From: a virus
Lineage: Duplodnaviria; Caudoviricetes
IMG/VR virus record: IMGVR_UViG_3300018072_000002
Span: 1 to 39,351 of that record
Strand: one strand, 5' to 3'
DNA length: 39,351 nt
Positions 1 to 8,685 of this stretch are shown piece after piece (within the stretch, counting starts at the first letter, position 1; the number at the start of each line of letters is the position of its first letter). The notes below the pieces were generated by a model. It was not told the DNA's origin. It saw only the letters and a list, made by a program, of their open reading frames with translations, and did not search any database. A program made the position numbers and the translations under genes.

Positions 1-123
1 CCGCCTGCTTGCAAATTGTCTCCAAAATAAATACATTCGTCCTTGTTCAGATTTTGGATATATTTCATAAGGTTTTTTCCCTTAGTGCCGTCCCTAGTAG
101 TATAATCTATACAAGTATTTCCC
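1..123. repeat. Terminal direct repeat (copy 1), circularity overlap
   Basis: 1-123 is identical to 39229-39351, and an ORF reads through the join in frame. Confidence 0.97.
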
Positions 124-566
124 GCAACTTGGGCAATCAATTCTTCATCCGCAAACGGGTGCGTTTCTAAAATATGCGAGCGGATTTTCTTATCGGGGTC
201 AAAGGCTTTCTTCAAATTCAAATCCGCGTTATGTCCGATAAAACTGTATGATACTTGACTTCCTCTGTCTTCCGTTTCACCATAATAACGATACTTTTTC
301 TTGATAAGCCTTATATGTTTCAAAATTCTTTTTATCTGCTTTTCCGTGAGATAAAATTTCCATCTGTCGGTGTCGTTTCCGTTCTGCGCCAGAATCTTGC
401 ATTTCACTCCTTTTAATTGGAATTTCATTAACTCTTTGGTAGCGCCAGAAATGACATACACATTCGGGAGTTTATTCAAAACACTTTTCATATTCTTTGA
501 GATGGGAGTTCGGCTCTCGCAAATAGTTCCATCACAATCAAAAAAGAAATGCTTATATTTTTGCAT
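1..566 (-). CDS. HAD-IIB hydrolase, eukaryote-type phosphomannomutase-like, 5' part (217 aa in total, continues across the junction to 39141)
   Basis: Not in ORF track. Manual translation MQKYKHFFFDCDGTICESR...VISGA...EDRGSQ...FDPDKKIR...AGNTCID...KG...YFGDNLQAGGND shows HAD motif I DxDGT and the PMM-type EDRGSQ, DPD and GDxxxxGGND motifs. Confidence 0.8.
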   Translation of the reverse strand, partial: MQKYKHFFFDCDGTICESRTPISKNMKSVLNKLPNVYVISGATKELMKFQLKGVKCKILAQNGNDTDRWKFYLTEKQIKRILKHIRLIKKKYRYYGETEDRGSQVSYSFIGHNADLNLKKAFDPDKKIRSHILETHPFADEELIAQVAGNTCIDYTTRDGTKGKNLMKYIQNLNKDECIYFGDNLQAG

Positions 567-957
567 CGCAGATTCTTTTTCTTAACTCCGTACTACTAAA
601 AGTATGTTCCCTGCTGTTGTAAATTACTTTCATCTGGGACAATAAATCCCGTGAATAATTGGGCTTATCTTTCCAGTCCGCGCCCATAAAACGGATGTCG
701 GGTTTTAGACATACCAATAAATTATATAAATCTTCTTCTGTGTCATAAGGTATTACCTCATCTATGAACTTGCACGCTCGCAGTTGCATATATCTCTCAA
801 AAATAGTCTGCACTGGTTTATGTTTTTCTGGTCTGTCAATAGTCGGGTCAGTCTGCAATCCTACGATTAAATAATTGCATTGTTTCTTGCATTCTTCAAA
901 CATTACCAGATGCCCAGCGTGGCAGACATCCCAAGCACCGCATGTGAATCCTGTCAT
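553..957 (-). CDS. tagD: Glycerol-3-phosphate cytidylyltransferase-like (TagD/CTP_transf_like)
   Basis: GAWDVCHAGH (HxGH), LIVGLQTDP, GADW and SREHTFSSTELR motifs. Confidence 0.85.
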   Translation of the reverse strand: MTGFTCGAWDVCHAGHLVMFEECKKQCNYLIVGLQTDPTIDRPEKHKPVQTIFERYMQLRACKFIDEVIPYDTEEDLYNLLVCLKPDIRFMGADWKDKPNYSRDLLSQMKVIYNSREHTFSSTELRKRICDAKI

Positions 958-958
958 T

Positions 959-1087
959 TTAATGCAGAGTTAAAAAATATTCATAAAACCATTCTTTAAA
1001 AGTCATTCCGAAGTAGCCATAAAAAAATCCTTTCTCACTATTTGCATTTCTGCATTCTTCGCAGACTCCGTCAAAATTATGTTTCAT
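959..1087 (-). CDS. Small hypothetical protein (42 aa)
   Basis: Manual translation MKHNFDGVCEECRN...YEYFLTLH; fills the gap tightly between neighbours. Confidence 0.4.
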   Translation of the reverse strand: MKHNFDGVCEECRNANSEKGFFYGYFGMTFKEWFYEYFLTLH

Positions 1088-1382
1088 TTTTCCCATCCAA
1101 AATCTCCAATATCTGACCCGCTATTATTGAGTTTAACCATGCTTTCTCGGCGGTGGCGGCTTTGTTTATCTCCGCCTTTAGAAATACTATATCTTCCGCT
1201 TTCAATTCCACTTTGTCTTCAGTGGCGAATTTCTTTCCTAGTTGCCAAGCAAGGCTCGGATTAGCCGTTATGCCAGATAAGATATTGGCGCAGATTATTC
1301 CGACTGTAACAGGAGTAGTGCCGTCTTTCAGGTCTTCGCCTTTTAGAGATTTGAGTATTATTTTTGTATCTATTGTAAGCAT
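1077..1382 (-). CDS. Hypothetical protein
   Basis: ORF preceded by extended -10 TGATATAAT at 1392-1400. Confidence 0.7.
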   Translation of the reverse strand: MLTIDTKIILKSLKGEDLKDGTTPVTVGIICANILSGITANPSLAWQLGKKFATEDKVELKAEDIVFLKAEINKAATAEKAWLNSIIAGQILEILDGKNET

Positions 1383-1387
1383 ATTAT

Positions 1388-1573
1388 CTAAATTATATCA
1401 CGTTTCGTTGGATTTTCAAACCCATTCCTAAACAATTCCTGTATTTCATCAACACGCATTTCTTTGACGGAGTAAATAACTTGCGCGCGTCTTTTAACAT
1501 CGTTGTATATGATTGCTGTTAATGTTCCATTTCTTTTTATTGCCAGCACGCCTTCAAGCGAAGTATTTTCCAT
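1388..1573 (-). CDS. Hypothetical protein, probably leaderless
   Basis: TGATATAAT ends 6 nt before the ATG. Confidence 0.65.
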   Translation of the reverse strand: MENTSLEGVLAIKRNGTLTAIIYNDVKRRAQVIYSVKEMRVDEIQELFRNGFENPTKRDII

Positions 1574-1799
1574 ATTAAAATTATATCATTCTAACCTCCA
1601 AAAGACTTTTTTGTTTTTAATTTCCCGCATTTTTCGCATTGTCGTCTGATTTATGACATTTACAATCACATATAAATATTCCTACTTTTTCTGCTTGTTT
1701 TTTTAATCCTTCTTCAAATCTTTTATCACAATGTCCGCAAGCGGTTGTTTCTCCTACCGCGTAATAATTTATATTTTGAGTCATTTATTTTTCTAGGGG

Positions 1800-2018
1800 T
1801 TAAACTATTCTATAATTTTCAGGCTTAACTTTAAATCTTCTTCTAAACTCTTCTCTAGCTTTTTTTCTACTTTTTTCGGGATTATTTTTCTGCCATTTTG
1901 CTACTCTTTTTTTAGTGCAAATTTTACATTCTGAAAAAAAATACATTCCTGATGGGTAAAATTCTCTAATATCTTTCTTTTCTTTACAGTTTTTGCAAAT
2001 TTTTTCCATTTGTTTCAT
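1800..2018 (-). CDS. CxxC...CxxC zinc-finger protein resembling the N-terminus of HNH/EndoVII nucleases, without a nuclease domain
   Basis: KICKNCKEKKDIREFY...SECKICTKKRVAKWQKNNPEK. Confidence 0.6.
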   Translation of the reverse strand: MKQMEKICKNCKEKKDIREFYPSGMYFFSECKICTKKRVAKWQKNNPEKSRKKAREEFRRRFKVKPENYRIV

Positions 2019-2422
2019 TTTATTTTATTCCTTAATTGAAATTGTTTTTTCTCAATCCAGTGTTGTATGTTTGGACTTATACTTCCATCGGGATTAGGAT
2101 TTGACTCTAAATCATTTATGAGTTTTTCTCTTTCTGATTTTAGCAAATTTCTCATAAAAGAAATAGCCACATTCCTATGAACTAAAGGTAAATCTTCTTT
2201 ATTGGGAAAATCGGGCAATTCTAAAATCTTTTCTTCCCAATCATTGTCTAGTTTCTCTCCTGCCGTGCAAGGATTTCCGATGAATGGAAATTTACAATAA
2301 GAACAAATAAAAATCTCATTTTCAAGAGGACTCGTACCTTCAACAGAATGTCCTATCTGACAATTCCTGCAGATTTTATCAGGACAATCTAATCCTAGGC
2401 AATTTTTTATTAATCTTTTCAT
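2015..2422 (-). CDS. Cys-rich hypothetical protein
   Basis: ORF with several Cys pairs, 4-nt overlap with the next gene. Confidence 0.6.
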   Translation of the reverse strand: MKRLIKNCLGLDCPDKICRNCQIGHSVEGTSPLENEIFICSYCKFPFIGNPCTAGEKLDNDWEEKILELPDFPNKEDLPLVHRNVAISFMRNLLKSEREKLINDLESNPNPDGSISPNIQHWIEKKQFQLRNKIK

Positions 2423-2494
2423 TTACTTAATGCCCACGCCAATAATGCAAATCCTCCCAAGATTCCCAAAGCCATAAATCCTGCTCCTAATCCA

Positions 2495-2764
2495 TTATAT
2501 AAATTTTCCATATTTATTCATTATATATTTTTTTGCTTGTTCTTTAGTTACTTCTTTGCCGTCCCAATCAAGATATACTTTATCAAAATCTCCTTCATCT
2601 ATAAGTTCACAAAGTATTTCTTTTTGACGAGGAGTATCTTTCTGCATAATCGCACTCATAGACCTGCCTAATTTGTTATATTCTTGCAATAATTTTTCCG
2701 CCTTCTTGCTATGAAAACTCCAACTTTTTAATGTTCTCCACTTTAATGTTAAATGGTCTTTCAT
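2495..2764 (-). CDS. Hypothetical phage protein
   Basis: ORF within the early operon. Confidence 0.65.
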   Translation of the reverse strand: MKDHLTLKWRTLKSWSFHSKKAEKLLQEYNKLGRSMSAIMQKDTPRQKEILCELIDEGDFDKVYLDWDGKEVTKEQAKKYIMNKYGKFI

Positions 2765-2805
2765 TTCTTTATGCTCTTGATAAATCTTTTAATAAACTTC
2801 TTTGA

Positions 2806-3354
2806 CTAAAAATCTTTTAATTTAATTTTATACATTTCGCCATTTTCACAATGCCAAACTATTCCTTCAATTCCGCAATCATTGCCGTATTTTGATTTTT
2901 GCTTTGGTAGCCATTCTTTTAATTCCTCAAAAGAGGTAGGCGCATTTTCGTGTATCGGGACTTGTCCAAGCGTGAAGAATACTATCCTATTTGTCGGCAA
3001 GTTTAGCGGATTACCTTGTATATTAGTTCCAACTGCTTCACCGCTCCATTCACCGTCAGGCAAGGACGTTAAATCAGTATTCTTTAACGCATCATTGAGC
3101 CATTTATCCTCTGAACTAATAGCGGTATCTATATACCACGGCTCAATTATTCCTTTATATTTTTGTATTTTATCGGGATTTCGTCTTTTCTCTAATCTGA
3201 CACAAGTTCCATTTCGTATAGTTAAACGAACATTCATACCATCTAACTTTTCAGTTGCCTTCGCTCCTTTTAAGAAATCTAAAGTGACTCCATCAGCTAT
3301 CTGATTCACTACTTGTCCATTTTTTCTCACAAACAATGTTTTTATTTTTCTCAT
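2806..3354 (-). CDS. Minimal ATP-dependent RNA ligase-like nucleotidyltransferase (DUF5565/RLIG1-like)
   Basis: Motif I ATEKLDGMN, motif III-like GEAVG, motif IV EGIVW, motif V KIK. Confidence 0.75.
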   Translation of the reverse strand: MRKIKTLFVRKNGQVVNQIADGVTLDFLKGAKATEKLDGMNVRLTIRNGTCVRLEKRRNPDKIQKYKGIIEPWYIDTAISSEDKWLNDALKNTDLTSLPDGEWSGEAVGTNIQGNPLNLPTNRIVFFTLGQVPIHENAPTSFEELKEWLPKQKSKYGNDCGIEGIVWHCENGEMYKIKLKDF

Positions 3355-3388
3355 ATATTTTTAATAATATACACCGCTAACGCTCCTC

Positions 3389-3598
3389 CTATCTACCATC
3401 TTTATTCTTGTATTCATCACCCATTTCTTTTACTTCTTTAGGCGTTCGCCTATTAAAACAATCATTGCACAAAGTTGCTCTTTCTTCTGGCGGAATTTCG
3501 CCCCAAATTTCCCTCATTTCCGCAAATTTTTCCTTTTCACCCCACCCTTTAAGGTATATCTTTAAACACATATCGCATTTGAATTCGTTTGATTTCAT
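3389..3598 (-). CDS. Small zinc-finger protein
   Basis: CDMC...CNDC. Confidence 0.6.
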   Translation of the reverse strand: MKSNEFKCDMCLKIYLKGWGEKEKFAEMREIWGEIPPEERATLCNDCFNRRTPKEVKEMGDEYKNKDGR

Positions 3599-3710
3599 TT
3601 CCTTTTAATTCTATTAGAAACTGTGATTAAAGTAAGTTTAGATTTCTTATTAAATCTTTGGGCGATTTTCTGTATTCGGTAGTATTCAGCTAATTCTTTG
3701 TCTATGGTTT

Positions 3711-4103
3711 TCATAATTTCTTGTAATGCTCAATTTTCTCTAAATATACTTCTGCATCCCATTTCGTGTAAGCGGTTTTTAGAATATTCAGCATATTCAC
3801 TTTTTCTTTGCCTAGTTTTTGCCCGTAAATATATTGATTTCCAGAAAGATTGATGTTGCAGTTGAAACATTGAGTGTGAACATTATCTTCGTCAAAGTAT
3901 AAAGCAAGTCCGCCTACACTTTTTGGAATGAAATGTCCCGCGTGTGCCCCGCTACCTTCGCATTTTCTTCCACAAGTGAAACAAATGTTTTTATCCCTTT
4001 TCTTAATATAATCAGAAAACACTTTCCATAGTTTTCTTTTGAGAACTGGAATCTTCTGTTTACTTTTTTTCTTCAAGCGTATCTTTTTCAATGTAGTTTT
4101 CAA
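3711..4103 (-). CDS. ninG: NinG/Rap-like HNH recombination endonuclease
   Basis: FSDYIKKRD, CFTCG, HAGHFI, NVHTQCFNCN; the true start may be a few codons downstream. Confidence 0.85.
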   Translation of the reverse strand: MKTTLKKIRLKKKSKQKIPVLKRKLWKVFSDYIKKRDKNICFTCGRKCEGSGAHAGHFIPKSVGGLALYFDEDNVHTQCFNCNINLSGNQYIYGQKLGKEKVNMLNILKTAYTKWDAEVYLEKIEHYKKL

Positions 4104-4220
4104 GCACTTTAACTAATAGGTCGCGTTCTTCTTTTTTGGTGAACTCGCAAGACAACATAAAATTGGAATGTCCTTGGCAGTTTTTGTGGTCGTTGAAAGC
4201 TGGGATTGGTTCGTATGTTT

Positions 4221-4556
4221 TCATATATTTTGCATATCCATCTCGGCTAATTTTATAAGCGTATTAAGTGCTGAAATCAAAACAGCTATTCTCTTGGTTC
4301 TTAGTTTTAATCCCATTTCATTTATTCCCTCCTCTGTCTGTTCCCACGATTTCTCACATTGATTATCAGACTTGTGTTTCTCTCTATTTTCATTCCACCA
4401 TTTTGGCTTATTTGTCAAGATTTCTTCCAATAATCCCATTAAGAAAGAGAACTCCCCCGCTAACTTTGCTTTCTGTTCTGCCGCGCCGTGGGGATTGGTA
4501 GTTAAACTACCCTCTTTTAGCATATTTTCGGTGATTTTAATGATGTCATCAGCCAT
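4221..4556 (-). CDS. Hypothetical helical protein
   Basis: ORF in recombination neighbourhood. Confidence 0.65.
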   Translation of the reverse strand: MADDIIKITENMLKEGSLTTNPHGAAEQKAKLAGEFSFLMGLLEEILTNKPKWWNENREKHKSDNQCEKSWEQTEEGINEMGLKLRTKRIAVLISALNTLIKLAEMDMQNI

Positions 4557-4583
4557 AATGTCGTTTTCTACCTAAACTCTCGT

Positions 4584-4961
4584 CTACGCCCTCTGGCGGG
4601 CTTCACGCAAGCCCTCTAGGTTCACTGTCTCCAGTTGTTTTAATGCCTTAATCTTATCTAAGAAGTCATTATGGTAATTTTCCACTGCTTTTACCAAATT
4701 TTCAATAGTTTTACTTCCAGCTATTTTTTCTTTCAAACCCATTTCATAAATATCTTCTAGTGCATCGCTCAAAGTTCTATGAAATCCTAGCGCCTCACCT
4801 CTTCGGAATACTCCATTCCTTCTGCTTTCTGTCCGACTATCCGCTACTATATAATTTCTTGGGTCAGTGTAAATCTTGTAATGGTCAAATTTTAAGACTA
4901 ATTTTTCCTTTTCCATTATCTCCTCATCTTCTTCTATTTTTGTTAGTGGTATGTTTGACAT
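4584..4961 (-). CDS. Hypothetical protein (possibly DUF5405-like)
   Basis: YKIYTDPRNYIV...GFHRTLSDAL pattern. Confidence 0.55.
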   Translation of the reverse strand: MSNIPLTKIEEDEEIMEKEKLVLKFDHYKIYTDPRNYIVADSRTESRRNGVFRRGEALGFHRTLSDALEDIYEMGLKEKIAGSKTIENLVKAVENYHNDFLDKIKALKQLETVNLEGLREARQRA

Positions 4962-4965
4962 AAAT

Positions 4966-5394
4966 TTATTTGAAAGGTGAATAATCTTTATCTTCTTTAT
5001 CCCAATTAGTCCACAACCAAGCTCGCCATTTTTCTATGGTTTCTTCATTGGGCTGACCTTCGGCTATTGATAACTGAACTGCGTCTCTCATTGTGGAGGA
5101 TATTTTGATGGAAATATCTTTTCTATCCATTGTCTTGCCGATAGACTGTTCTTTTCTATCCATATTTTTTTCCATCTGTTGCGTTCTAAAATTAGGATTA
5201 CCTGTTTTTGGTTTCTTAATCCTCCAATACCCTTTGTCGTTCTTTTCCAGTTCGCCCTCCCAGTAATCGCCCACAAATTCATTATTCCAAGCGCTAACTT
5301 TGAACACTTCATCTCCCCCATCATCTAAATCCGCTTCTACGAAAGGTTTGCCGTTCCACTCTTTATTATTTTTGTTTGTGATTTGGTATTTCAT
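4966..5394 (-). CDS. Putative ssDNA-binding protein
   Basis: Aromatic beta-rich N-terminus, acidic tail ending DKEDKDYSPFK, location near NinG. Confidence 0.45.
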   Translation of the reverse strand: MKYQITNKNNKEWNGKPFVEADLDDGGDEVFKVSAWNNEFVGDYWEGELEKNDKGYWRIKKPKTGNPNFRTQQMEKNMDRKEQSIGKTMDRKDISIKISSTMRDAVQLSIAEGQPNEETIEKWRAWLWTNWDKEDKDYSPFK

Positions 5395-6094
5395 AATTTT
5401 ATTTTCTAAAATACGAGTAAGCTAATTCTTCAAAGGTATCTCTGGGTTTGAAATCTTTTTGCATCACATTCCAGTTTCTACTTTTCCATGCAGATTGTTC
5501 TTTGGTGAGTTTTCTGCCCGACCCAGCATTAACTATTTTGTCTTTTTCTTTAGAAGATAGATTATTGAATTTCATATATTAGTTTTGAATTATTAGCAGT
5601 CCCAGAATTGCGAACATTAGGAATAGTTCCATTACAAGTGTGATTTGAAATTGTCTACTTCGTAGTGTTTTCATTTTATTTGCAATATTCAATTTCCAAT
5701 TCTCTTAAAATAATGATGACATTATCAGGGATTATTTCATCATTAAGTTGCGCTTCCTTTATTTTTATTTCAACATCTCGCAAAGCAGAAATTTTTATAA
5801 GTTTTTCTATTTCTTTTTCCATTTTATTTACGGGCATTTATTGTAATAGGCGAGTTTTTCGGCATCCGACCAATCCTCTGCCGAATCATCAATGAACCCT
5901 TCCTTGATTGCGTAACTGATTAAATTATTTATCTCTTTCATTTTATCGGGCATAAGGTGAAACTATATTATTATTTTTATAATCCTTAATAATTTTATTC
6001 TCGGTGAAACATTGGTGGCAGTGTTCGGTGAAAGTATTATGGAAGCCAGCTTTGTGCTCTTGTTCGTTGAAATCCAATTCATTTTCTAATATGT

Positions 6095-6259
6095 TCATTG
6101 TTTTTTATTCATCGCCAAATTTATAATTGTTCGCACAACTTCGCTCTCGGATATATTTTCCTTCTTGGCTTGTTTTTTCACGAACTCGACCTGTTGGGGG
6201 GAAAACCTCCAAGATACTTGAACTACTTTTTCGTAATCTTCTTTGATGTATGATTTCAT
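6095..6259 (-). CDS. Ribbon-helix-helix (CopG/Arc-like) DNA-binding protein, 54 aa
   Basis: Below the ORF-track cutoff. Manual translation ...VQVSWRFSPQQVEFVKKQAKKENISESEVVRTIINLAM matches the RHH pattern. Confidence 0.75.
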   Translation of the reverse strand: MKSYIKEDYEKVVQVSWRFSPQQVEFVKKQAKKENISESEVVRTIINLAMNKKQ

Positions 6260-6260
6260 T

Positions 6261-6512
6261 TTATTTTTCTTTACTAATTATTTCTTTTTTTAATTCTTCC
6301 TGTATCTTTGAACTATAATTATAGAAAACTTCCCGAATAATATCTCCCGAAAAACTAGAGCCGTGCCGTATCTTTTCTAAAATCTCTTTATCAGTAATAT
6401 ATTTTTCCATTACCTCATAATTAGTATCTTCTTTCTCCAACACTTCATAAAAAATATCGGACAAAACATCTAACAGACCCACTATAAATAATTTTTCTTG
6501 TATATTTTTCAT
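6261..6512 (-). CDS. Hypothetical protein
   Basis: ORF in early operon. Confidence 0.55.
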   Translation of the reverse strand: MKNIQEKLFIVGLLDVLSDIFYEVLEKEDTNYEVMEKYITDKEILEKIRHGSSFSGDIIREVFYNYSSKIQEELKKEIISKEK

Positions 6513-6515
6513 AAA

Positions 6516-6686
6516 TTATTTATATCCATACTTTTTTAATTCCTCATCTTTCAATTCTTTTATTTTACTAATCCACCAATGAAACATTTGCTGTTGCTCT
6601 TCTGATAAAACATAATTGCAATTATCACAAAATGTTTCTGTACCAAATCTTTCTCTATATTCTTCTTTTAATTTATCTTCGTCCAT
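6516..6686 (-). CDS. Small hypothetical protein (56 aa, CxxC), first ORF of the early operon
   Basis: Manual translation MDEDKLKEEYRERFGTETFCDNCNY... Confidence 0.55.
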   Translation of the reverse strand: MDEDKLKEEYRERFGTETFCDNCNYVLSEEQQQMFHWWISKIKELKDEELKKYGYK

Positions 6687-6697
6687 AATTTTATTAA

Positions 6698-6804
6698 AAG
6701 CGGACTACGCAGTAGGTTTTTCAACCATAGGATTTCTCCCTTAGGTCTGCCGTTATTACAGCATTACTTTTGACTTTGTTTATTTGCTCAAAAGCTCCCC
6801 GCCT
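6698..6804 (-). ncRNA. Putative structured leader/ncRNA, multi-stem junction with 11-nt tetraloop receptor
   Basis: Stems GGCGGG/UCCGCU, GCUUUUGA/UCAAAAGU, UGCUGU/ACGGCA, GACC-UAAG-GGA-GAAA-UCC-UAU-GGUU, CUAC/GUAG; begins right after a promoter. Confidence 0.65.
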
Positions 6805-6808
6805 ATAA

Positions 6809-6854
6809 AATGTATTAGATAGCGATATCAATGTCAAGCAAGCGGTGTGGATAA
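6809..6854 (-). promoter_or_regulatory. Sigma70-type promoter with upstream DnaA box
   Basis: TTGACA (6837-6832), 17-nt spacer, TACATT (6814-6809); TTATCCACA at 6854-6846. Confidence 0.75.
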
Positions 6855-6883
6855 CTTATTCTGTCAAGAAAAGAGGTTATTAC

Positions 6884-7096
6884 CTATAAAGGATAGTTCA
6901 ATGGCTCTTTACTTTCTTTTTCTATTTCCTCTAGCGGGCAGAAAGTCATAGTTTGCCCCGTAGGAAATACTATACGGAGCGCCTGCTTATCTTTTCTCAT
7001 ATAAAGCGTTGTGCCGAAAGTTACTACATTTTGACCTGCAATTTTATATAAATCTATTATGTCGTAATCAACGAAGCGCGGTTGTTTCTTTTTCAT
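6884..7096 (-). CDS. Hypothetical protein
   Basis: ORF, 4-nt overlap with the upstream gene. Confidence 0.6.
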   Translation of the reverse strand: MKKKQPRFVDYDIIDLYKIAGQNVVTFGTTLYMRKDKQALRIVFPTGQTMTFCPLEEIEKESKEPLNYPL

Positions 7097-7329
7097 TTCA
7101 TTACTAATATCTTCCTCCTAGAGGGTAACTTAACTGCAAAGAAAACAGGGTCGTCTTTTTCTTCTTCGTCTATACCCACGATTATTGATTTCTCCTTTAT
7201 CATTTGGTGTATCATTTTACCTTTAATAAATTCCTGCGGGACGATTGAGCCGTGAGGGTAAAGCGACCACACTTTAAAAAAATGTTTATAGCTGATTTCG
7301 GGACTGAAAATGTAGATTGGTTTTTTCAT
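7093..7329 (-). CDS. Hypothetical protein
   Basis: ORF downstream of the replication genes. Confidence 0.6.
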   Translation of the reverse strand: MKKPIYIFSPEISYKHFFKVWSLYPHGSIVPQEFIKGKMIHQMIKEKSIIVGIDEEEKDDPVFFAVKLPSRRKILVMK

Positions 7330-7414
7330 TTCTTTCTATAAATAAATCTATAAGGGCGGGGATGGAAGCCGAAAGTGATTTTCCATAGGTATTTCATTAT
7401 TGCTTTTAATATTT

Positions 7415-7735
7415 TCATAGTCCGCAATTCACATAGCTAAAATAATAATCCCACCCTTTGTTTTGTATTATTTCTTCATCACCATCCTGCAATTCTAGTA
7501 TTTTTTCATCGGCGGATTTTTTCGTTATTTCTCTATATTTTTTTGAGAGTTCTAATTTTCTTTGCAAGATTTTTCTTTTCTCATATGGTTCACCACGATT
7601 TCTGCTTTGCGTCATCTCTCTATGAGTTGTTGCTTCTATCTGCGATATATTGGCAAGTAACTTATCGCAAAATAACTTCCAGTTATGTCGCATGTTTATT
7701 TTCTCGTCTTTATATTTTATTGGGATATTTTCCAT
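7415..7735 (-). CDS. Hypothetical protein coupled to the helicase gene
   Basis: Start overlaps the helicase stop. Confidence 0.6.
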   Translation of the reverse strand: MENIPIKYKDEKINMRHNWKLFCDKLLANISQIEATTHREMTQSRNRGEPYEKRKILQRKLELSKKYREITKKSADEKILELQDGDEEIIQNKGWDYYFSYVNCGL

Positions 7736-8685
7736 TAGAATTTTTCAGGGTTATTAAATCCTAAATCTGCATCTGACTTTTTTAATTCTTTTGCTAATTT
7801 TTCAACACTTCCTTTTGAAGATTCTAATTTAGTTAAATCCAATTCAGTAAATTTATGATTTTCGTGAAGAACAAACAAAGTTCCCCACTGACCTTCTCGC
7901 CGACTTTTCCATATTCTAATTTTATTGTAATGATTATTAGAATTTGTATCATCTTGCTCGGCTACTTTTTCTTTGTACAAGTTTTCTAAATTTTCTTGCT
8001 TCTGCACTCTCCATACTCCTAAAACCGAATCAGCTAGTCGGCTTATCATACCCGAATCTCTTATATCACGAATTGTCGGTTCATAATTTATCGCCATTTT
8101 ATTATCAACACAGTGAGCAACCAGAAATACAACCAAGCCATATTCCACCGCTAATTGTTTTAACTTAGCTACAATATCTCCTATTTCAAGCGATAAATTT
8201 CCTTTCATTCTTTCAATAGAAAATATCTGATGCAGATGGTCTACAAAAATAACCTTTGTATTGTATTTAACACAACCCTCAATAATTTTTTCCAAAAGCC
8301 AATCAATGTGATTTTCAGTATTTTTCATCGGTAAGTAAAATAGTGGCGGAGTTCTATTATTAGAAATTTTCTTTATAAAACTGCGAGGAGAATTTTCAAG
8401 CGTAAAGAATGACGACTTAATATCTTTTTCCACCATATTGGAAAGCATGGTTAAAAGCAAAGTTGTCTTGCCGTGATTTGTCGGACCAGAAACTACTATC
8501 AATTCTCCCTGTTCAAAACCATTAAGAATTTTATCCAAAGTCGGCAGTCCTGAATTTATTATTTTGGGTTCAGGTTCTTTGGATATTATTTCCGCAAATT
8601 CCACAGAAGAAATCATTTTGTCCTCCCCTTGGTAGTTAACCAATTTTCCCTCAATGATATTTAGTTCTTCGTTTTTAATTTTCAT
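7735..8685 (-). CDS. dnaB: DnaB-like (SF4) replicative helicase, essentially the C-terminal motor domain only
   Basis: SGLPTLD, Walker A GPTNHGKTT, IFVDHLH, IRDSGMISRLAD, KSRREG. Confidence 0.9.
   Translation of the reverse strand: MKIKNEELNIIEGKLVNYQGEDKMISSVEFAEIISKEPEPKIINSGLPTLDKILNGFEQGELIVVSGPTNHGKTTLLLTMLSNMVEKDIKSSFFTLENSPRSFIKKISNNRTPPLFYLPMKNTENHIDWLLEKIIEGCVKYNTKVIFVDHLHQIFSIERMKGNLSLEIGDIVAKLKQLAVEYGLVVFLVAHCVDNKMAINYEPTIRDIRDSGMISRLADSVLGVWRVQKQENLENLYKEKVAEQDDTNSNNHYNKIRIWKSRREGQWGTLFVLHENHKFTELDLTKLESSKGSVEKLAKELKKSDADLGFNNPEKF

Noticed and set aside
1-123. Biological direct terminal repeat
   Set aside because: It falls mid-gene and has a k-mer-like length, so it is most simply an assembly overlap of a circular or permuted genome
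6698-6804. tRNA, group I intron or hammerhead
   Set aside because: No T-loop/anticodon cloverleaf, no intron core, no CUGAUGA core; retained as an unknown RNA
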